Source: Sphingomonadales bacterium (lineage in GTDB: Bacteria > Pseudomonadota > Alphaproteobacteria > Sphingomonadales > Sphingomonadaceae). Taken from it: 64,000 bases of DNA. The stretch covers positions 33,744 to 97,743 of the forward strand of contig JBBRMV010000003.1 in the NCBI GenBank assembly GCA_038230675.1, written 5' to 3'. The notes beneath the pieces are model-generated. The model searched no databases and was not told the DNA's origin. It saw nothing but the letters and a program-made list of their open reading frames with translations. A program made the position numbers and the translations under genes. Positions 37,591-48,095 of this stretch are shown in pieces; the stretch's first letter is position 1, and each line of letters opens with the position of its first letter.

Positions 37591-38841
37591 TCAAGCGGCG
37601 ACCTCTTCCGCATCGAGGCCATAAGCGGTGTGGAGCACGCGCACGGCGAGCTCGGTATAATCCTCCTCGATCAGCACGCTGACCTTGATCTCGCTCGTCG
37701 TGATTACCTGGATGTTGATCCCGCGCGCGCCGAGCGTCTGGAACATCGTCGCCGCGACGCCCGCATGACTGCGCATGCCGACGCCGACCACCGATATCTT
37801 CGACACCCGGCTATCATGGACGAGCGACGTGAAGCCGATCGCCTCGCGGCCATTGTTCAGCACATCAAGGCTGCGCGGCAGATCGGCAGAGGGCACGGTA
37901 AAGGTCACGTCGGTCGAGCCCGTCGAATGAGCGACATTCTGCACGATCATGTCGACGTTGATCCCGGCATCGGCCAGCGGTGTGAAGATCGACCCCACCG
38001 CACCCGGGCGATCGGGCACCGCGGTCAGCGTGATCTTCGCCTCGTTCTTGTCATGGGCGATGCCCGTGATCAGCTGGCGTTCCATATCCCCGATTTCCTC
38101 TTCACTGACGATCAACGTGCCCTGTTCTTCATCCTCGGTATCGAGGAAGGACGACAGCACGCGAATGCGGACATTTTCCTTCATCGCAAGGCCTACCGAT
38201 CGCGTCTGGAGCACCTTGGCGCCGACGCTGGCAAGCTCGAGCATTTCCTCGTACGTCACCCGCGCCAGCTTGCGCGCGCGCGGCACGATGCGTGGATCGG
38301 TGGTATAGACGCCGTCGACATCAGTATAGATGTCGCAGCGATCGGCCTTCATCGCCGCTGCGACCGCCACCGCCGATGTGTCGGAGCCACCGCGCCCCAG
38401 CGTCGTCACGCGCTGGCCATCCGCGACACCCTGGAAACCGGGAATGACCGCGACAACCCCGTCGGCAAGCGACGCATCGAGCGCCGCCATGTCGATATCC
38501 TCGATCCGCGCCGATGCGTGGGCGGCGCTGGTGCGGATCGGCAACTGCCACCCGAGCCAGCTGCGCGCGGGCACTCCCGCCGCCTGCAGCGCGATCGCGA
38601 GCAGCCCGCTCGTCACCTGCTCGCCCGCCGACACGACGACATCATATTCGCGCGGATCATAGAGCGACGAGGCTTCGCGGCAGAAATTGACGAGCCGGTC
38701 GGTCTCGCCCGCCATCGCCGACACGACAACCGCGACCTGGTTGCCGGCATCGACCTCGCGCTTCACCCGCGCGGCGACGCTGCGGATCCGCTCGATCCCG
38801 GCCATCGACGTGCCGCCGAATTTCATCACGATGCGTGCCAT
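37591..38841 (-). CDS. lysC: Aspartate kinase
   Basis: MARIVMKFGGTS, VVVSAM, TTLGRGGSDTSAV, IYTDVDGVYTTDPR, two ACT domains, TTSEIKVS. Confidence 0.97.
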   Translation of the reverse strand: MARIVMKFGGTSMAGIERIRSVAARVKREVDAGNQVAVVVSAMAGETDRLVNFCREASSLYDPREYDVVVSAGEQVTSGLLAIALQAAGVPARSWLGWQLPIRTSAAHASARIEDIDMAALDASLADGVVAVIPGFQGVADGQRVTTLGRGGSDTSAVAVAAAMKADRCDIYTDVDGVYTTDPRIVPRARKLARVTYEEMLELASVGAKVLQTRSVGLAMKENVRIRVLSSFLDTEDEEQGTLIVSEEEIGDMERQLITGIAHDKNEAKITLTAVPDRPGAVGSIFTPLADAGINVDMIVQNVAHSTGSTDVTFTVPSADLPRSLDVLNNGREAIGFTSLVHDSRVSKISVVGVGMRSHAGVAATMFQTLGARGINIQVITTSEIKVSVLIEEDYTELAVRVLHTAYGLDAEEVAA

Positions 38842-38892
38842 CGACAGCCAGAAGTCCTTGGGTTGAGGAGGGGCGGCTGATAAGAGCGGGGC

Positions 38893-39651
38893 ATGAACAT
38901 GGCAAGTGACTCCGCAACGACCGCGCCCGATCGCGCGCGCTCGATCGACCCGCATGAGGCCGCGCATTTCGGCAAGCTGGCCGCCGACTGGTGGGACCCA
39001 AAGGGTTCATCGGCGATGCTGCACCGGCTCAATCCGGCCCGGCTCGGCTATATCCGGGCGGCAGCGGACGCGCATTGGGGCCTCGAGAGTGCGAGTTTCA
39101 CGCCGCTTGCCGGCAAGCGCGCGCTCGATGTCGGCTGTGGCGCCGGGTTGCTGTGCGAACCGCTCGCGCGGCTGGGGGCCAGCGTGACGGGCCTCGATGC
39201 CGCACCCGAGAATATCGCTGCGGCGCGGGCGCATGCGACACAATCGGGGCTCGCGATCGATTACCGCGCAGGCAGTGTCGAGGATCTGCGCGGTGAACGC
39301 TTCGATCTCGTCACCTCGCTCGAGGTGATCGAGCATGTGACCGATCCGGGCGCCTTCGTCGCCGGGTTGGTGGCGGCGCTGGCGGAGGACGGGCTGCTGA
39401 TCCTGTCCACCCCGAACCGGACGATGCTGTCACGCGTCGCGCTGATATCGGTGGCGGAAGGGCTCGGCCAGATACCGCGCGGGACGCACGACTGGGACAA
39501 GTTCCTCACCCCCGACGAACTGACCGCCATCGTCGAAGCCGCCGGTCTGCGCGTAACGGACATGAGCGGGCTAGGCTTTTCCCCCGCGCGCGGCTTCACC
39601 ATCGGCGACGATCTGAAACTCAACTATCTGATGACGGCAGTGCGCGGCTGA
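38893..39651 (+). CDS. ubiG: Ubiquinone biosynthesis O-methyltransferase
   Basis: WWDPKG..AMLHRLNPARL, LDVGCGAGLLCEPLAR, EVIEHV, GTHDWDKFLTPDEL. Confidence 0.95.
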   Translation: MNMASDSATTAPDRARSIDPHEAAHFGKLAADWWDPKGSSAMLHRLNPARLGYIRAAADAHWGLESASFTPLAGKRALDVGCGAGLLCEPLARLGASVTGLDAAPENIAAARAHATQSGLAIDYRAGSVEDLRGERFDLVTSLEVIEHVTDPGAFVAGLVAALAEDGLLILSTPNRTMLSRVALISVAEGLGQIPRGTHDWDKFLTPDELTAIVEAAGLRVTDMSGLGFSPARGFTIGDDLKLNYLMTAVRG

Positions 39652-41280
39652 TCACCCCATCACGTTCCGGCCGCGCATCACCGTCGTCGAATGCCCTACA
39701 GTGGCCGCCATCGACGGCGTCTTGACGGTGTCGACCATGACCCAGTCGTTGCTGACCTTAGTCGGCGTGATCGTCATCGCCATATAGCCTCGGCGGCTGG
39801 TGTCGGCCCATTTGAGCTCCGGATTTGCGGCGACGAGGCTCGCCGCGACCGTCTTCGGGTCGATGCCGATCCCCGATTCATAACCGGGCGAGGTGACGCT
39901 GTGACCGGCGAATTCGACGCCGGCGGGCTTGCCGTCCTGCGCCAGATCATAGGCCCAGGCGTTATGGCTGTCGCCGGAGATGACGACGAGGTTGGCGCCC
40001 ATGCCCTGCGCCGATTTCAGGAACCGCGCGCGCGCCGCAGGATATCCGCCCCAGCTGTCATAATTGGACGGCAACCCGGCCTTTGCAGCGGCTACGCCCG
40101 CCAAGATATAGGTTTTGGAACGTGGCGACGAACTGGCGCTGATCCACGATGCCGCATCGAGCGGTGCGGCGGTATTGCCCATGATCGTGCCGAAGCCGAC
40201 GATCTGCCATTTCTGGCCCGACCTGACCGAAGCGCGCATCGCATGCGCAAGCCATTCCTCCTGCTGCGATCCCATCATCGTCATCGCCGGATCCTGCCAC
40301 GCGCCGTCATGGAAGGTCTTGAGCGCGGTCGCGACGTCGAAGGTCTTGAACAGCGCCGCAACGTCGGGCTGGAGGGTGCGGGCGAGCACGCGGGTTTCGG
40401 TGCGGAACAGCGTCGCCAGCGTGCCGATGTCATAGGCTTTCCAAGGCTCGTCGGAAACCGGCATCCATTCGCGGTACGCCTGGATCGAGGCGGCGCGGCG
40501 GGCGCTCCAATCGCCTTCCTTATCCGGCTGATGGTTCTGCGCGCCACCTTCCCAGCTGTCATTGGCCGATTCGTGGTCGTCCCATTGGACGATCATCGGC
40601 GCGAGGCTGTGCAGCTTTTGCAGATCGGGATCGCTGCGATAGCTGCCATAGCGCAGCCGGTAATCGGCGATGTGGACGATTTCGGTCGCCGGCGCAGGCT
40701 GGCGATTGGCGACCGAATCCTTCAGGGCCGGATAATCGCCATTTTCATATTCGTAAAAATAATCGCCGAGATGGATCGTCAGATCGATGTCGTTGCGGGC
40801 GGCCGCATGGGCATAAGCGTTGAAATAGCCATAGGGCATATTCGAGCACGAAAAAATCGCCGCCCGGAACGCGGCGACTGGGCCGACAGGCAATGTCTTA
40901 GTACGGCCAACGGGAGAAAAGCTGCCATCGGGCGCGACGAAGCGAAAATGGTAGACGGTGTTGGGCTTGAGCCCGCCGACGGTGATCTTCGCGGTCCAAT
41001 CGCGCCACGGGCCGGTGATCTGCGCGCCGCCCGAGACGACTTTCGCAAAGTCGGCAGTCTCGGCGATCTCCGCGCGCAGATGGGCCGAATCGCCGCTGGC
41101 AGGCACGTATCGCGTCCATAGCAGCATCGAATCGCCCGCCGGCTCACCACTGGCGACCGAATGGGTGAAGCCCTTAGCCATCGTGACGTTCGCGGTCTGC
41201 GCAAAGCCCGGGACGGCGAACGCGCCGAGCCCCAGCGTCCCCGTCATGACGAACGAACGGCGATCGATCCTGATGGTCAT
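39652..41280 (-). CDS. phoD: Alkaline phosphatase D (Tat-exported)
   Basis: RRSF Tat motif; FTHSVASGEP, HLGDYFYE, WDDHESAND, WGGYP, SGDSH. Confidence 0.93.
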   Translation of the reverse strand: MTIRIDRRSFVMTGTLGLGAFAVPGFAQTANVTMAKGFTHSVASGEPAGDSMLLWTRYVPASGDSAHLRAEIAETADFAKVVSGGAQITGPWRDWTAKITVGGLKPNTVYHFRFVAPDGSFSPVGRTKTLPVGPVAAFRAAIFSCSNMPYGYFNAYAHAAARNDIDLTIHLGDYFYEYENGDYPALKDSVANRQPAPATEIVHIADYRLRYGSYRSDPDLQKLHSLAPMIVQWDDHESANDSWEGGAQNHQPDKEGDWSARRAASIQAYREWMPVSDEPWKAYDIGTLATLFRTETRVLARTLQPDVAALFKTFDVATALKTFHDGAWQDPAMTMMGSQQEEWLAHAMRASVRSGQKWQIVGFGTIMGNTAAPLDAASWISASSSPRSKTYILAGVAAAKAGLPSNYDSWGGYPAARARFLKSAQGMGANLVVISGDSHNAWAYDLAQDGKPAGVEFAGHSVTSPGYESGIGIDPKTVAASLVAANPELKWADTSRRGYMAMTITPTKVSNDWVMVDTVKTPSMAATVGHSTTVMRGRNVMG

Positions 41281-41422
41281 GTCGCATCTCCCCTTGCCCG
41301 CGCGGCCCGATCGCGCGCGATATTGTTGTTCCTGCGCTCGTGATATGGCTGCCTTGTTACAGCCAGTTGTGACACAGCCGCGCGCCAATCGATAGCGGCG
41401 CGCAACAAAGGGGGCAAACGGC

Positions 41423-42895
41423 ATGGGGGAGCGGCAACGGATTGCGGCACTTTTTGCCGCTACGCTTGTCGTGCTTTGTCTGTTGGCGTTGGCGCGACCG
41501 ATCGATCATGACGAAAGCCAATATGTCGCGGCCACCGTGCTCGCGTGGCATGGCCTGCCCTATCGCGATTTCGCCTATCTGCAGACGCCGCTCCAGCCGA
41601 TCTTGCTGGCCCCACTTGCGGCGCTGGCGGAGGGGCTCGCTTGGCCGGCGTTGCGGCTCGCAAACGCGCTGTTCGGAACGGTCATGTTGCTGTGCTGTTA
41701 CGGGGCGGCGCGAGAAGCAGGCGCTGGCGAACGTGTGGCGCTCGGCGCCGCTGCGATGCTCGGCTGCAGTGACATCTTGCTCTTCACGGCGGCCGTCGCG
41801 CGAAACGATGCGTTGCCCGGCGCCTGCCTGGCCGGGGCGATATGGCTTGCGATCCGGGCGGCCAATGGCAGGGGAACGACCCGCAGCGCCTTGCTCGCCG
41901 GGCTGCTGCTGGCGGCGGCGGCGGCGGCGAAAATCTCGTTTGCGCTGCCGGCTGCGACCTATGGCATCTGGGCGCTGTTCGACCGGCGTCATCGTCCCGT
42001 CGCGCTGACCGCCGGCGCGCTGCCGATCGCTGCGCTAGTCGCGTGGCTATATGCGCTTGCCCCCGGTGCGTTTGTTTTCGGCGTATTCACCTTTCCGGCA
42101 AAGGCGCCTGCCGAATGGTATCGCAGCGCCAACCCCTGGAAGCTGACGCTTGCCGCCAAGGCGATCGACACGCTGAAATTCCTGGCGCTCGGCCCGGCGC
42201 TGTTCGCGCTGATCATCGTGGCGCGCGACAGGGATCGAGGGGCGACCCCGCTGCTGTTGACGCTGATGATCGCCGCCGGGCTGGTCGCCGCACTGTTGCC
42301 CGAGCCAACGTGGCGGCAATATCTGCTGCCCGTCCTGCCGCCGCTGTTCGTCCAGCTGGCGATGCTATGGCAGCGGCGCCCGCCAGCGCGCGCGGTGCGG
42401 ATCGCGGTCGCGGTGTTCGTCGGCGCCGGCTTTGCAACCACCGCCGAGGGGCTGATCAACGGGCATGGCATGACAATGGCCGATGCCGCCGCCCAGGGTC
42501 GCGCGATCGGCAGGGTCGCGGCGGCTGCCGGCATCGACGGCCCGGTCGCGACATTATCCCCGCAATTCCTGCCAGCGGCGAACCTGCCTATCGACCCGCG
42601 CTTTGCCGCTGGTCCTTATTATTTCAGGACGCGATCGCTGCTCGCACCGGCGCTGGAGCCGCAGTTCGTGCTCATCTCGCGAGAGCGGATCGATTTCGGC
42701 GCAGAGCCACCGGCTGCAATCCTGATCGGCGGCGAAGGACCCTGGACGAGCGGCGATGCCGGCGACGATGCCGCGCTTGAGGGCTTTGCCGTCAGCCATC
42801 ACTGGCACCGGCTCGATATCCCGGGTGGACGGTTTCGCCTTTACACCCCGCCTCAGGCGACTGCGCGCCGCTCGCCAGCCACCAACGCCTCATAA
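41423..42895 (+). CDS. Polytopic membrane protein, probable GT-C (ArnT/PMT-like) glycosyltransferase
   Basis: RPIDHDESQY acidic motif after TM1, YRDFAYLQTPL, AKISF, QYLLP; many TMs. Confidence 0.65.
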   Translation: MGERQRIAALFAATLVVLCLLALARPIDHDESQYVAATVLAWHGLPYRDFAYLQTPLQPILLAPLAALAEGLAWPALRLANALFGTVMLLCCYGAAREAGAGERVALGAAAMLGCSDILLFTAAVARNDALPGACLAGAIWLAIRAANGRGTTRSALLAGLLLAAAAAAKISFALPAATYGIWALFDRRHRPVALTAGALPIAALVAWLYALAPGAFVFGVFTFPAKAPAEWYRSANPWKLTLAAKAIDTLKFLALGPALFALIIVARDRDRGATPLLLTLMIAAGLVAALLPEPTWRQYLLPVLPPLFVQLAMLWQRRPPARAVRIAVAVFVGAGFATTAEGLINGHGMTMADAAAQGRAIGRVAAAAGIDGPVATLSPQFLPAANLPIDPRFAAGPYYFRTRSLLAPALEPQFVLISRERIDFGAEPPAAILIGGEGPWTSGDAGDDAALEGFAVSHHWHRLDIPGGRFRLYTPPQATARRSPATNAS

Positions 42896-44031
42896 TAAGC
42901 CATCAGATCGCGGGTATGCTCGACATCGGTGCGTACCTTGCCCGCCGCCACGATCGCTGCCCGGCGCAGCATCGCGCCATCGCGCGCCACGAATCGTTCG
43001 ATCGCCGCCGCCGCCGATTGTGCATCACGCGCACGGTAAAGCTCTGAACAATGCGGATCGGCGACCTCTGCACAACCGCCCTCGTCAGGCGCGATCAGCG
43101 GCAGGCCCGACGCCATCGCCTCCGACGCGACCAACCCGAAGGGTTCGCCTTCGGAGCCATGGATCAGCGCGTCGCAACTCGCCATGATTCGCGCGAGCCG
43201 CATCCGATCATAGACCGGGCGGAACATCCGGATGTGCGGTGATCCGTTCACCCGACGCTCGATCGCCCGCCGCTCAATACCATCACCGATCAGCAGCAAC
43301 CCGACAGGCAACCCGGCCCCGGCCCGCGAGACCGCGTCGATCACCAGAGGCCAGCGTTTTTCGGGATGGTGCCGCCCAAGTCCCAACAACAGATGCGCGT
43401 CGGGCGGCAGATCACACTGGGCGAGCAACGCCGCACGCAGATTTTCGTCGCGCAAATGGGGTGAAAAATAGCCCTTCTCGATACCCAGCGTCATCGCCGC
43501 GTCGATCCGCACGCCACGCCGGGTCAACCGCTTGTAAAGCGCCGGCCCGTTCGTCACCACCGCATCGAAATGCTCAAGGAAGCGGTTCATGTAGCGGCTG
43601 TACCAGCCAAAGGCGCGTTCGATGCGGTCGGGGCTTGCCACCCCTTCGAACCAGCGTTGCGGATAGGCACCGAGATTGTCGTTGTGCATGAAGAACACCT
43701 TGGCGGCGCTCCCCTGCCACTGGCCGACGATCCAGGCCGGGCGCCACGGCGACGATGCCTCGACGACATTGGGCTTCAGCTCATCGAGCAGCTGCGTGAT
43801 CGGCGCTGCATCCCAGAACAGCCCATAGTTCGAATCGAACGGCAGCGGTGGCGCCTTTACATAGATGATCCGCCCACCGCCCGGCCGCTCCTCGACCGAA
43901 TCGGCAAGTGCCGGCGCAATGACGATCAGTTCATGCCCCATCTCGGCCATGATCGTCATCTTCCGATCGATATAGGTACGCACCCCGCCGCCGGTAGGCG
44001 AATAGAATTCGTTGACGTCGACGATCCGCAT
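42853..44031 (-). CDS. Glycosyltransferase family 4 (GT-B)
   Basis: EFYSPTGGGVRTY, GRHHPEKR, EPFGLVASEAMASGLP (EX7E) motifs. Confidence 0.9.
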   Translation of the reverse strand: MRIVDVNEFYSPTGGGVRTYIDRKMTIMAEMGHELIVIAPALADSVEERPGGGRIIYVKAPPLPFDSNYGLFWDAAPITQLLDELKPNVVEASSPWRPAWIVGQWQGSAAKVFFMHNDNLGAYPQRWFEGVASPDRIERAFGWYSRYMNRFLEHFDAVVTNGPALYKRLTRRGVRIDAAMTLGIEKGYFSPHLRDENLRAALLAQCDLPPDAHLLLGLGRHHPEKRWPLVIDAVSRAGAGLPVGLLLIGDGIERRAIERRVNGSPHIRMFRPVYDRMRLARIMASCDALIHGSEGEPFGLVASEAMASGLPLIAPDEGGCAEVADPHCSELYRARDAQSAAAAIERFVARDGAMLRRAAIVAAGKVRTDVEHTRDLMAYYEALVAGERRAVA

Positions 44032-44037
44032 CAGCCG

Positions 44038-44574
44038 TTACCTGTCCGACTTGATCGGGCCGAAGCCGCTGAAACCGCGCAGATATTGCGCATGGATCGT
44101 CGTGCTGGTCACGCCTGCACCAACGTCGATTTCGGCCATTGCCAGCTTTGGCCGGCCGCGACCCATCTTGCTGTTGCTGGGCAGCCCAGCGCCGTCGACC
44201 CAGAAATTGAACTTGTTCTTGCCGTCCCGGTCATGCGTGAAGAACAGCGCATAATGGCCGGGTCGCGGTGCCTTGATGCACAGCGACACCGCGCCGCTGG
44301 CTGGTGTGTCGGCCCATACACGGCGAAAGAATTTGCCCTCGTTGATAAGGTCCCGGTCATCGCGGAGGAAATCCTGTTCATTGCCCGGATAAAGCTCAAG
44401 CTTCAGCCGGCCTTTGCGGTCCTTCAGCCCGACGATCGTGGCGTCGATCGCAGGACCTTCGCGCGTATCGCACGCAGCGGCATCGCTGCCCAGCGCGCGC
44501 GCATCGGCAGCACCCCCAATCGGCACCGCCAGGGCAAAGCAGGCAAGCGGAACAAGCAAACTACGCGGGATCAT
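44038..44574 (-). CDS. DUF2141 domain secreted protein
   Basis: Signal peptide; GRLKLELY, PRPGHYALFFTHDRDGKNK, DGAGLPSN motifs. Confidence 0.8.
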   Translation of the reverse strand: MIPRSLLVPLACFALAVPIGGAADARALGSDAAACDTREGPAIDATIVGLKDRKGRLKLELYPGNEQDFLRDDRDLINEGKFFRRVWADTPASGAVSLCIKAPRPGHYALFFTHDRDGKNKFNFWVDGAGLPSNSKMGRGRPKLAMAEIDVGAGVTSTTIHAQYLRGFSGFGPIKSDR

Positions 44575-45494
44575 GAACGGTTCCTAAGCAGCGAATACAG
44601 GCTGAACGCGCCAATCAATACGACATGGGTCACCAACGTAAGCGCCGCCGTCATCGCAACAAGATTGGACAGCGCCTGATCTTGCCCGATAAACAGGATC
44701 GCAAAATTGGCGAAAAGAAGGTCTTTGTTCGGCACCAGCGGCAACCGCCACACCAGCAGCCGCCCCGCTGTCAGCAGCAGCCACATCTCGATCGAAACCT
44801 GCGGCATGCCGAAATGCCAGCACACCGCGAGCAGACCGGTGCCGGCAATCAGGCGCAGGCTGTGGACCATGAATATCCACCAGAGCGTGCGCCGGGGCAG
44901 CGAAAAGACGCGCTTTGAAAAGATGAGGAACGGCAAGGACATCGCCATCACCACCACCGTCGATGCAACCAACGTGTTGAACTGCCCCGACGTCAGCAAT
45001 CCATAACCAAAGGGCAGCGACAGCCCGATCATCGCGAGCGTCAGCGTGTTGCTGGAAACCGCCGACAGGATGCTGACATCCTTCACCGCGCCAAAGGGCG
45101 CCGCCACCATCTGCGATCGCTGCCGTGCCCAGGCGTAGAAATACGCCTCGCCGGAATAACCGAGCACCACTTCATTGGCGATCCGCTTCTTGATCAGCGC
45201 GGCCAGGCCCCCGATCGGCACTCCCCACAAACGCCGGAAAATCACGAAATCGCCGACCGGCAGCGAAAAATACACCAGCACAAACGCGATGTAGAACATC
45301 GGATGCCCCGGCACCGACCGCGTCAGCCCTTCCAGCCCCGATCCGAGCAGTTCGCGCGCCAGTCCCAGCACCATCGCAATCGTCAGCAAACCGCCAAGCC
45401 ACATCGGCCAACGGCTCTTGATCGATTCGATCGGTTCAAGCCCGGCAATGTCGGGCGACGACAAAACCGCCGGGTCGGCAAGCTGGGTGCTCAT
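44571..45494 (-). CDS. Integral membrane protein (possibly LPG-synthase/flippase-like TM domain)
   Basis: About 8 TMs; NEVVLGYSGEAYFYAW resembles the N..P...GE..R motif of MprF/LPG-synthase TM regions; weak. Confidence 0.5.
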   Translation of the reverse strand: MSTQLADPAVLSSPDIAGLEPIESIKSRWPMWLGGLLTIAMVLGLARELLGSGLEGLTRSVPGHPMFYIAFVLVYFSLPVGDFVIFRRLWGVPIGGLAALIKKRIANEVVLGYSGEAYFYAWARQRSQMVAAPFGAVKDVSILSAVSSNTLTLAMIGLSLPFGYGLLTSGQFNTLVASTVVVMAMSLPFLIFSKRVFSLPRRTLWWIFMVHSLRLIAGTGLLAVCWHFGMPQVSIEMWLLLTAGRLLVWRLPLVPNKDLLFANFAILFIGQDQALSNLVAMTAALTLVTHVVLIGAFSLYSLLRNRS

Positions 45495-46150
45495 CGAAGC
45501 ACCGTTCCTTCCTGCGGCGCGAAGCGATCAGGATGCGCATCGGCAAAGCCGGCCAGCGTCGCTGCGGCCGAATCGGCGCGGACCAGATGCGGGAAATCGT
45601 CGAGCGGCAGCGCAAACCGGCGAGCGTTATACAGCTGCGGGATCAGCACCACATCGGCGAGATTGGGCGCCTCTCCGCCAAGAAACGGCCCGTCATGCTC
45701 GAGCTGCGTCGCCATCGCCTCAAGCGCTGCAAGCCCGTTTGCGATCCAGTGCCGATACCAATCGTCCTTCGCCGCCTGATCGGCGCCAAACTGCGCCTCG
45801 AGCCGGTTTAGCACGCGCATATTGTCGATCGGATGGGTGTCGGCGGCAATCACCAGCGCCTGCGCTATGACCTGCGCGCGCGCCATCGCGTCGACCGGGA
45901 TCAGGCGCGGATCGGGATAAGTCGCGTCGAGAAAGTCGATGATCGCCAGGCTCTGGATGATCGTGCGCCCGTCGATTTCCAGCGTCGGCACCTGCCCTTG
46001 CGGATTACGCGTGAGATTTTCAGGCGCGAGCTGCTCGGCCGCGACAAGGTTCACGGGAATGCGTTCGTAATCGACGCCCTTAAGGCCAAGCGCGATCCGC
46101 ACCCGGTAACTGGCCGAGGAACGGTAATAATCGTACAAGCGGATCGTCAT
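45491..46150 (-). CDS. maiA: Maleylacetoacetate isomerase / GST zeta class
   Basis: LYDYYRSSASYRVRIAL, NPQGQVPTL, QSLAIIDFL, HPIDNMRVL, LIPQLYNARRF. Confidence 0.9.
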   Translation of the reverse strand: MTIRLYDYYRSSASYRVRIALGLKGVDYERIPVNLVAAEQLAPENLTRNPQGQVPTLEIDGRTIIQSLAIIDFLDATYPDPRLIPVDAMARAQVIAQALVIAADTHPIDNMRVLNRLEAQFGADQAAKDDWYRHWIANGLAALEAMATQLEHDGPFLGGEAPNLADVVLIPQLYNARRFALPLDDFPHLVRADSAAATLAGFADAHPDRFAPQEGTVLR

Positions 46151-47208
46151 CCCGCCTTTACCCCGCCGCGCGGCGGCTCTGCCCCGCGTTGCAGTGCCAC
46201 CTTGATCATCGCGACCATCGGATCGGCAAGTGCCAGGCCGAGGACACCGAACAGCGTGCTGGCCAGGATCTGCGACGACAAGGTGAGCGCCGGCGGCAGA
46301 TCGACCGTGCGGCGCGCAACCATCGGGATGACGACATAGCCGTCGAAATTCTGGACGAGGAAATAGGTGAAGATCGCCCAGTAACCCGTGTTGAGCCCGG
46401 CGCTGAACCCGACCGCGACCATCAGGATACCCGTGACGATCGCGCCGATATTTGGGATGAAGGCGAGCATCCCCGCCAAAATGCCGAGCAGCAGCGCCAT
46501 CGGCACGCCGCCCAGCCACAGCATCAGCCAGATGAGAATGCCCTCTACCAGCATCCCGAGCAGGCGCCCGGCAAGCAGGCGGCGCATCGTATACGCCATC
46601 CGGTCAATCGTGATCGCGAATTCGCCGCGCACGTCCGATGGGATCATCCATTGCAGGCCGCGTTCGTAAAGCCGTGGCTCCATCGCAACGAACAGCCCAA
46701 TGACGAGGATCATCAACAAGCTGGCCACCGCGCCGATCGCCGTGCCGACCCATGAGGTCAGGCGACCAAATGAGCCAAGGGCCTGCTGGATCAGGCCGTT
46801 GATGTCGGCGCGCCCCGGGATCAGCCCGTGCTCCCCTGCCCACAGGATAACCCTGTTGCCCTGCACTTCGAGCGTCGTCCGCAATTGCGCAAACTGATCC
46901 GCTACCTGCACGCCCGTCAGGAAGATCACAGCGACGATAAACACGATCGTCAGCAAGACGACGATTGCCAGGCGCCAGCCTCGCCCGATCGGCAGGACAC
47001 GCCCGAGTAGCCGCACGCCGCCATCAAGCATCGAGGCGAACACCAGCCCGCCAAAGATGATCAGCAGCGGCTGAATAAGCAGGACGACCAGCGCCATCCC
47101 CGCCGCCAGGCCAAGCCACACCGATGCGCGCTTCAACTCCTGACGGATCACCGGATCGCGGACATCGCTTGGGCCCGGGCCCGAGACGACCTCGGCAGGC
47201 TCGACCAT
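46147..47208 (-). CDS. AI-2E family transporter
   Basis: LAFIPNIGA, QNFDGYVVIP, LGLALADP motifs; TAATG overlap with lepB. Confidence 0.88.
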   Translation of the reverse strand: MVEPAEVVSGPGPSDVRDPVIRQELKRASVWLGLAAGMALVVLLIQPLLIIFGGLVFASMLDGGVRLLGRVLPIGRGWRLAIVVLLTIVFIVAVIFLTGVQVADQFAQLRTTLEVQGNRVILWAGEHGLIPGRADINGLIQQALGSFGRLTSWVGTAIGAVASLLMILVIGLFVAMEPRLYERGLQWMIPSDVRGEFAITIDRMAYTMRRLLAGRLLGMLVEGILIWLMLWLGGVPMALLLGILAGMLAFIPNIGAIVTGILMVAVGFSAGLNTGYWAIFTYFLVQNFDGYVVIPMVARRTVDLPPALTLSSQILASTLFGVLGLALADPMVAMIKVALQRGAEPPRGGVKAG

Positions 47209-48095
47209 TACCGGCTCTGGCTCGGATGCAATGATGTGCCAGCACGACCGCCGCGGAGCGATCCGGGCCAGGTCAGCGGGTTCCAGCTCGCGCTGCCATC
47301 GACCGAGAAGGTGATGAATTCGGCGCGTCCGCCCAGATTTTCCCACGGCACCGGTCCGCCAAGGCCGAGATTGGCGATCGAGAACCGACTATCGGCGCTG
47401 CGATCGCGGTTGTCGCCCATCAGGAAGACGTGGTTGGCCGGGATGGTGACCGGCCCATAGAAATCGCCCTCGCTGCGGCCAAGCTCGACGGTGTCGTATG
47501 TGCGGCCATTGGGCAGCGTTTCGGTCACGATAGGCAGATAGCAATACAGCTTGCCATCGGGGCCCGTGCGACGCGCCTCGCCATATTCGCTCGGTTCGCA
47601 GCGGGCATTCTGATCGACGGGGATGATCTTGTCGTGGATAGGGCCGCGTGTCAGCGGCACGTCGTTCAGGATGACGACGCCGTCGCGCACTTCCAGCCGA
47701 TCGCCGGGCAGCCCGATCACCCGCTTGATGTAATCCTCGTTCTTGCCCGGGGGTGCAACAATGACGACATCGCCACGCACGGGCAGCCTTCCGAACAGCC
47801 GACCGTGAAAGAACGGCAGGAGATGGAAAGTCGGCGAAACGAACGAATATCCATAGGGATATTTCGTCACCACCAGCCGATCGCCGACGAGAAGGCCCGG
47901 CAGCATCGATTCCGACGGAATGTAGAAGGGCTTTGCGATGAAGCTGTGGAAGCCCAGCACCGCCAATATCAGCCAGAAAATGCCGCGTGCCTCGGCGAAC
48001 CAGTCGGTGTTCGATCTTGTGGGCGGCGAAGCGGGTTTATCTCCCGGCTTCTCGCTGTCGATGCCACCGTCCAACGCCAACTCCTCGCCCGTCAT
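47208..48095 (-). CDS. lepB: Signal peptidase I
   Basis: [12 protein letters not shown] (Ser), [12 protein letters not shown] (Lys), [14 protein letters not shown]. Confidence 0.96.
   Translation of the reverse strand: MTGEELALDGGIDSEKPGDKPASPPTRSNTDWFAEARGIFWLILAVLGFHSFIAKPFYIPSESMLPGLLVGDRLVVTKYPYGYSFVSPTFHLLPFFHGRLFGRLPVRGDVVIVAPPGKNEDYIKRVIGLPGDRLEVRDGVVILNDVPLTRGPIHDKIIPVDQNARCEPSEYGEARRTGPDGKLYCYLPIVTETLPNGRTYDTVELGRSEGDFYGPVTIPANHVFLMGDNRDRSADSRFSIANLGLGGPVPWENLGGRAEFITFSVDGSASWNPLTWPGSLRGGRAGTSLHPSQSR

Noticed and set aside
41356-41377. PHO-box-like half-sites (TGTCAC, TGTAAC on the minus strand) upstream of phoD
   Set aside because: Half-sites are 13 bp apart rather than the 11-bp PhoB repeat, so I cannot support the call, although phosphate regulation of phoD is plausible.
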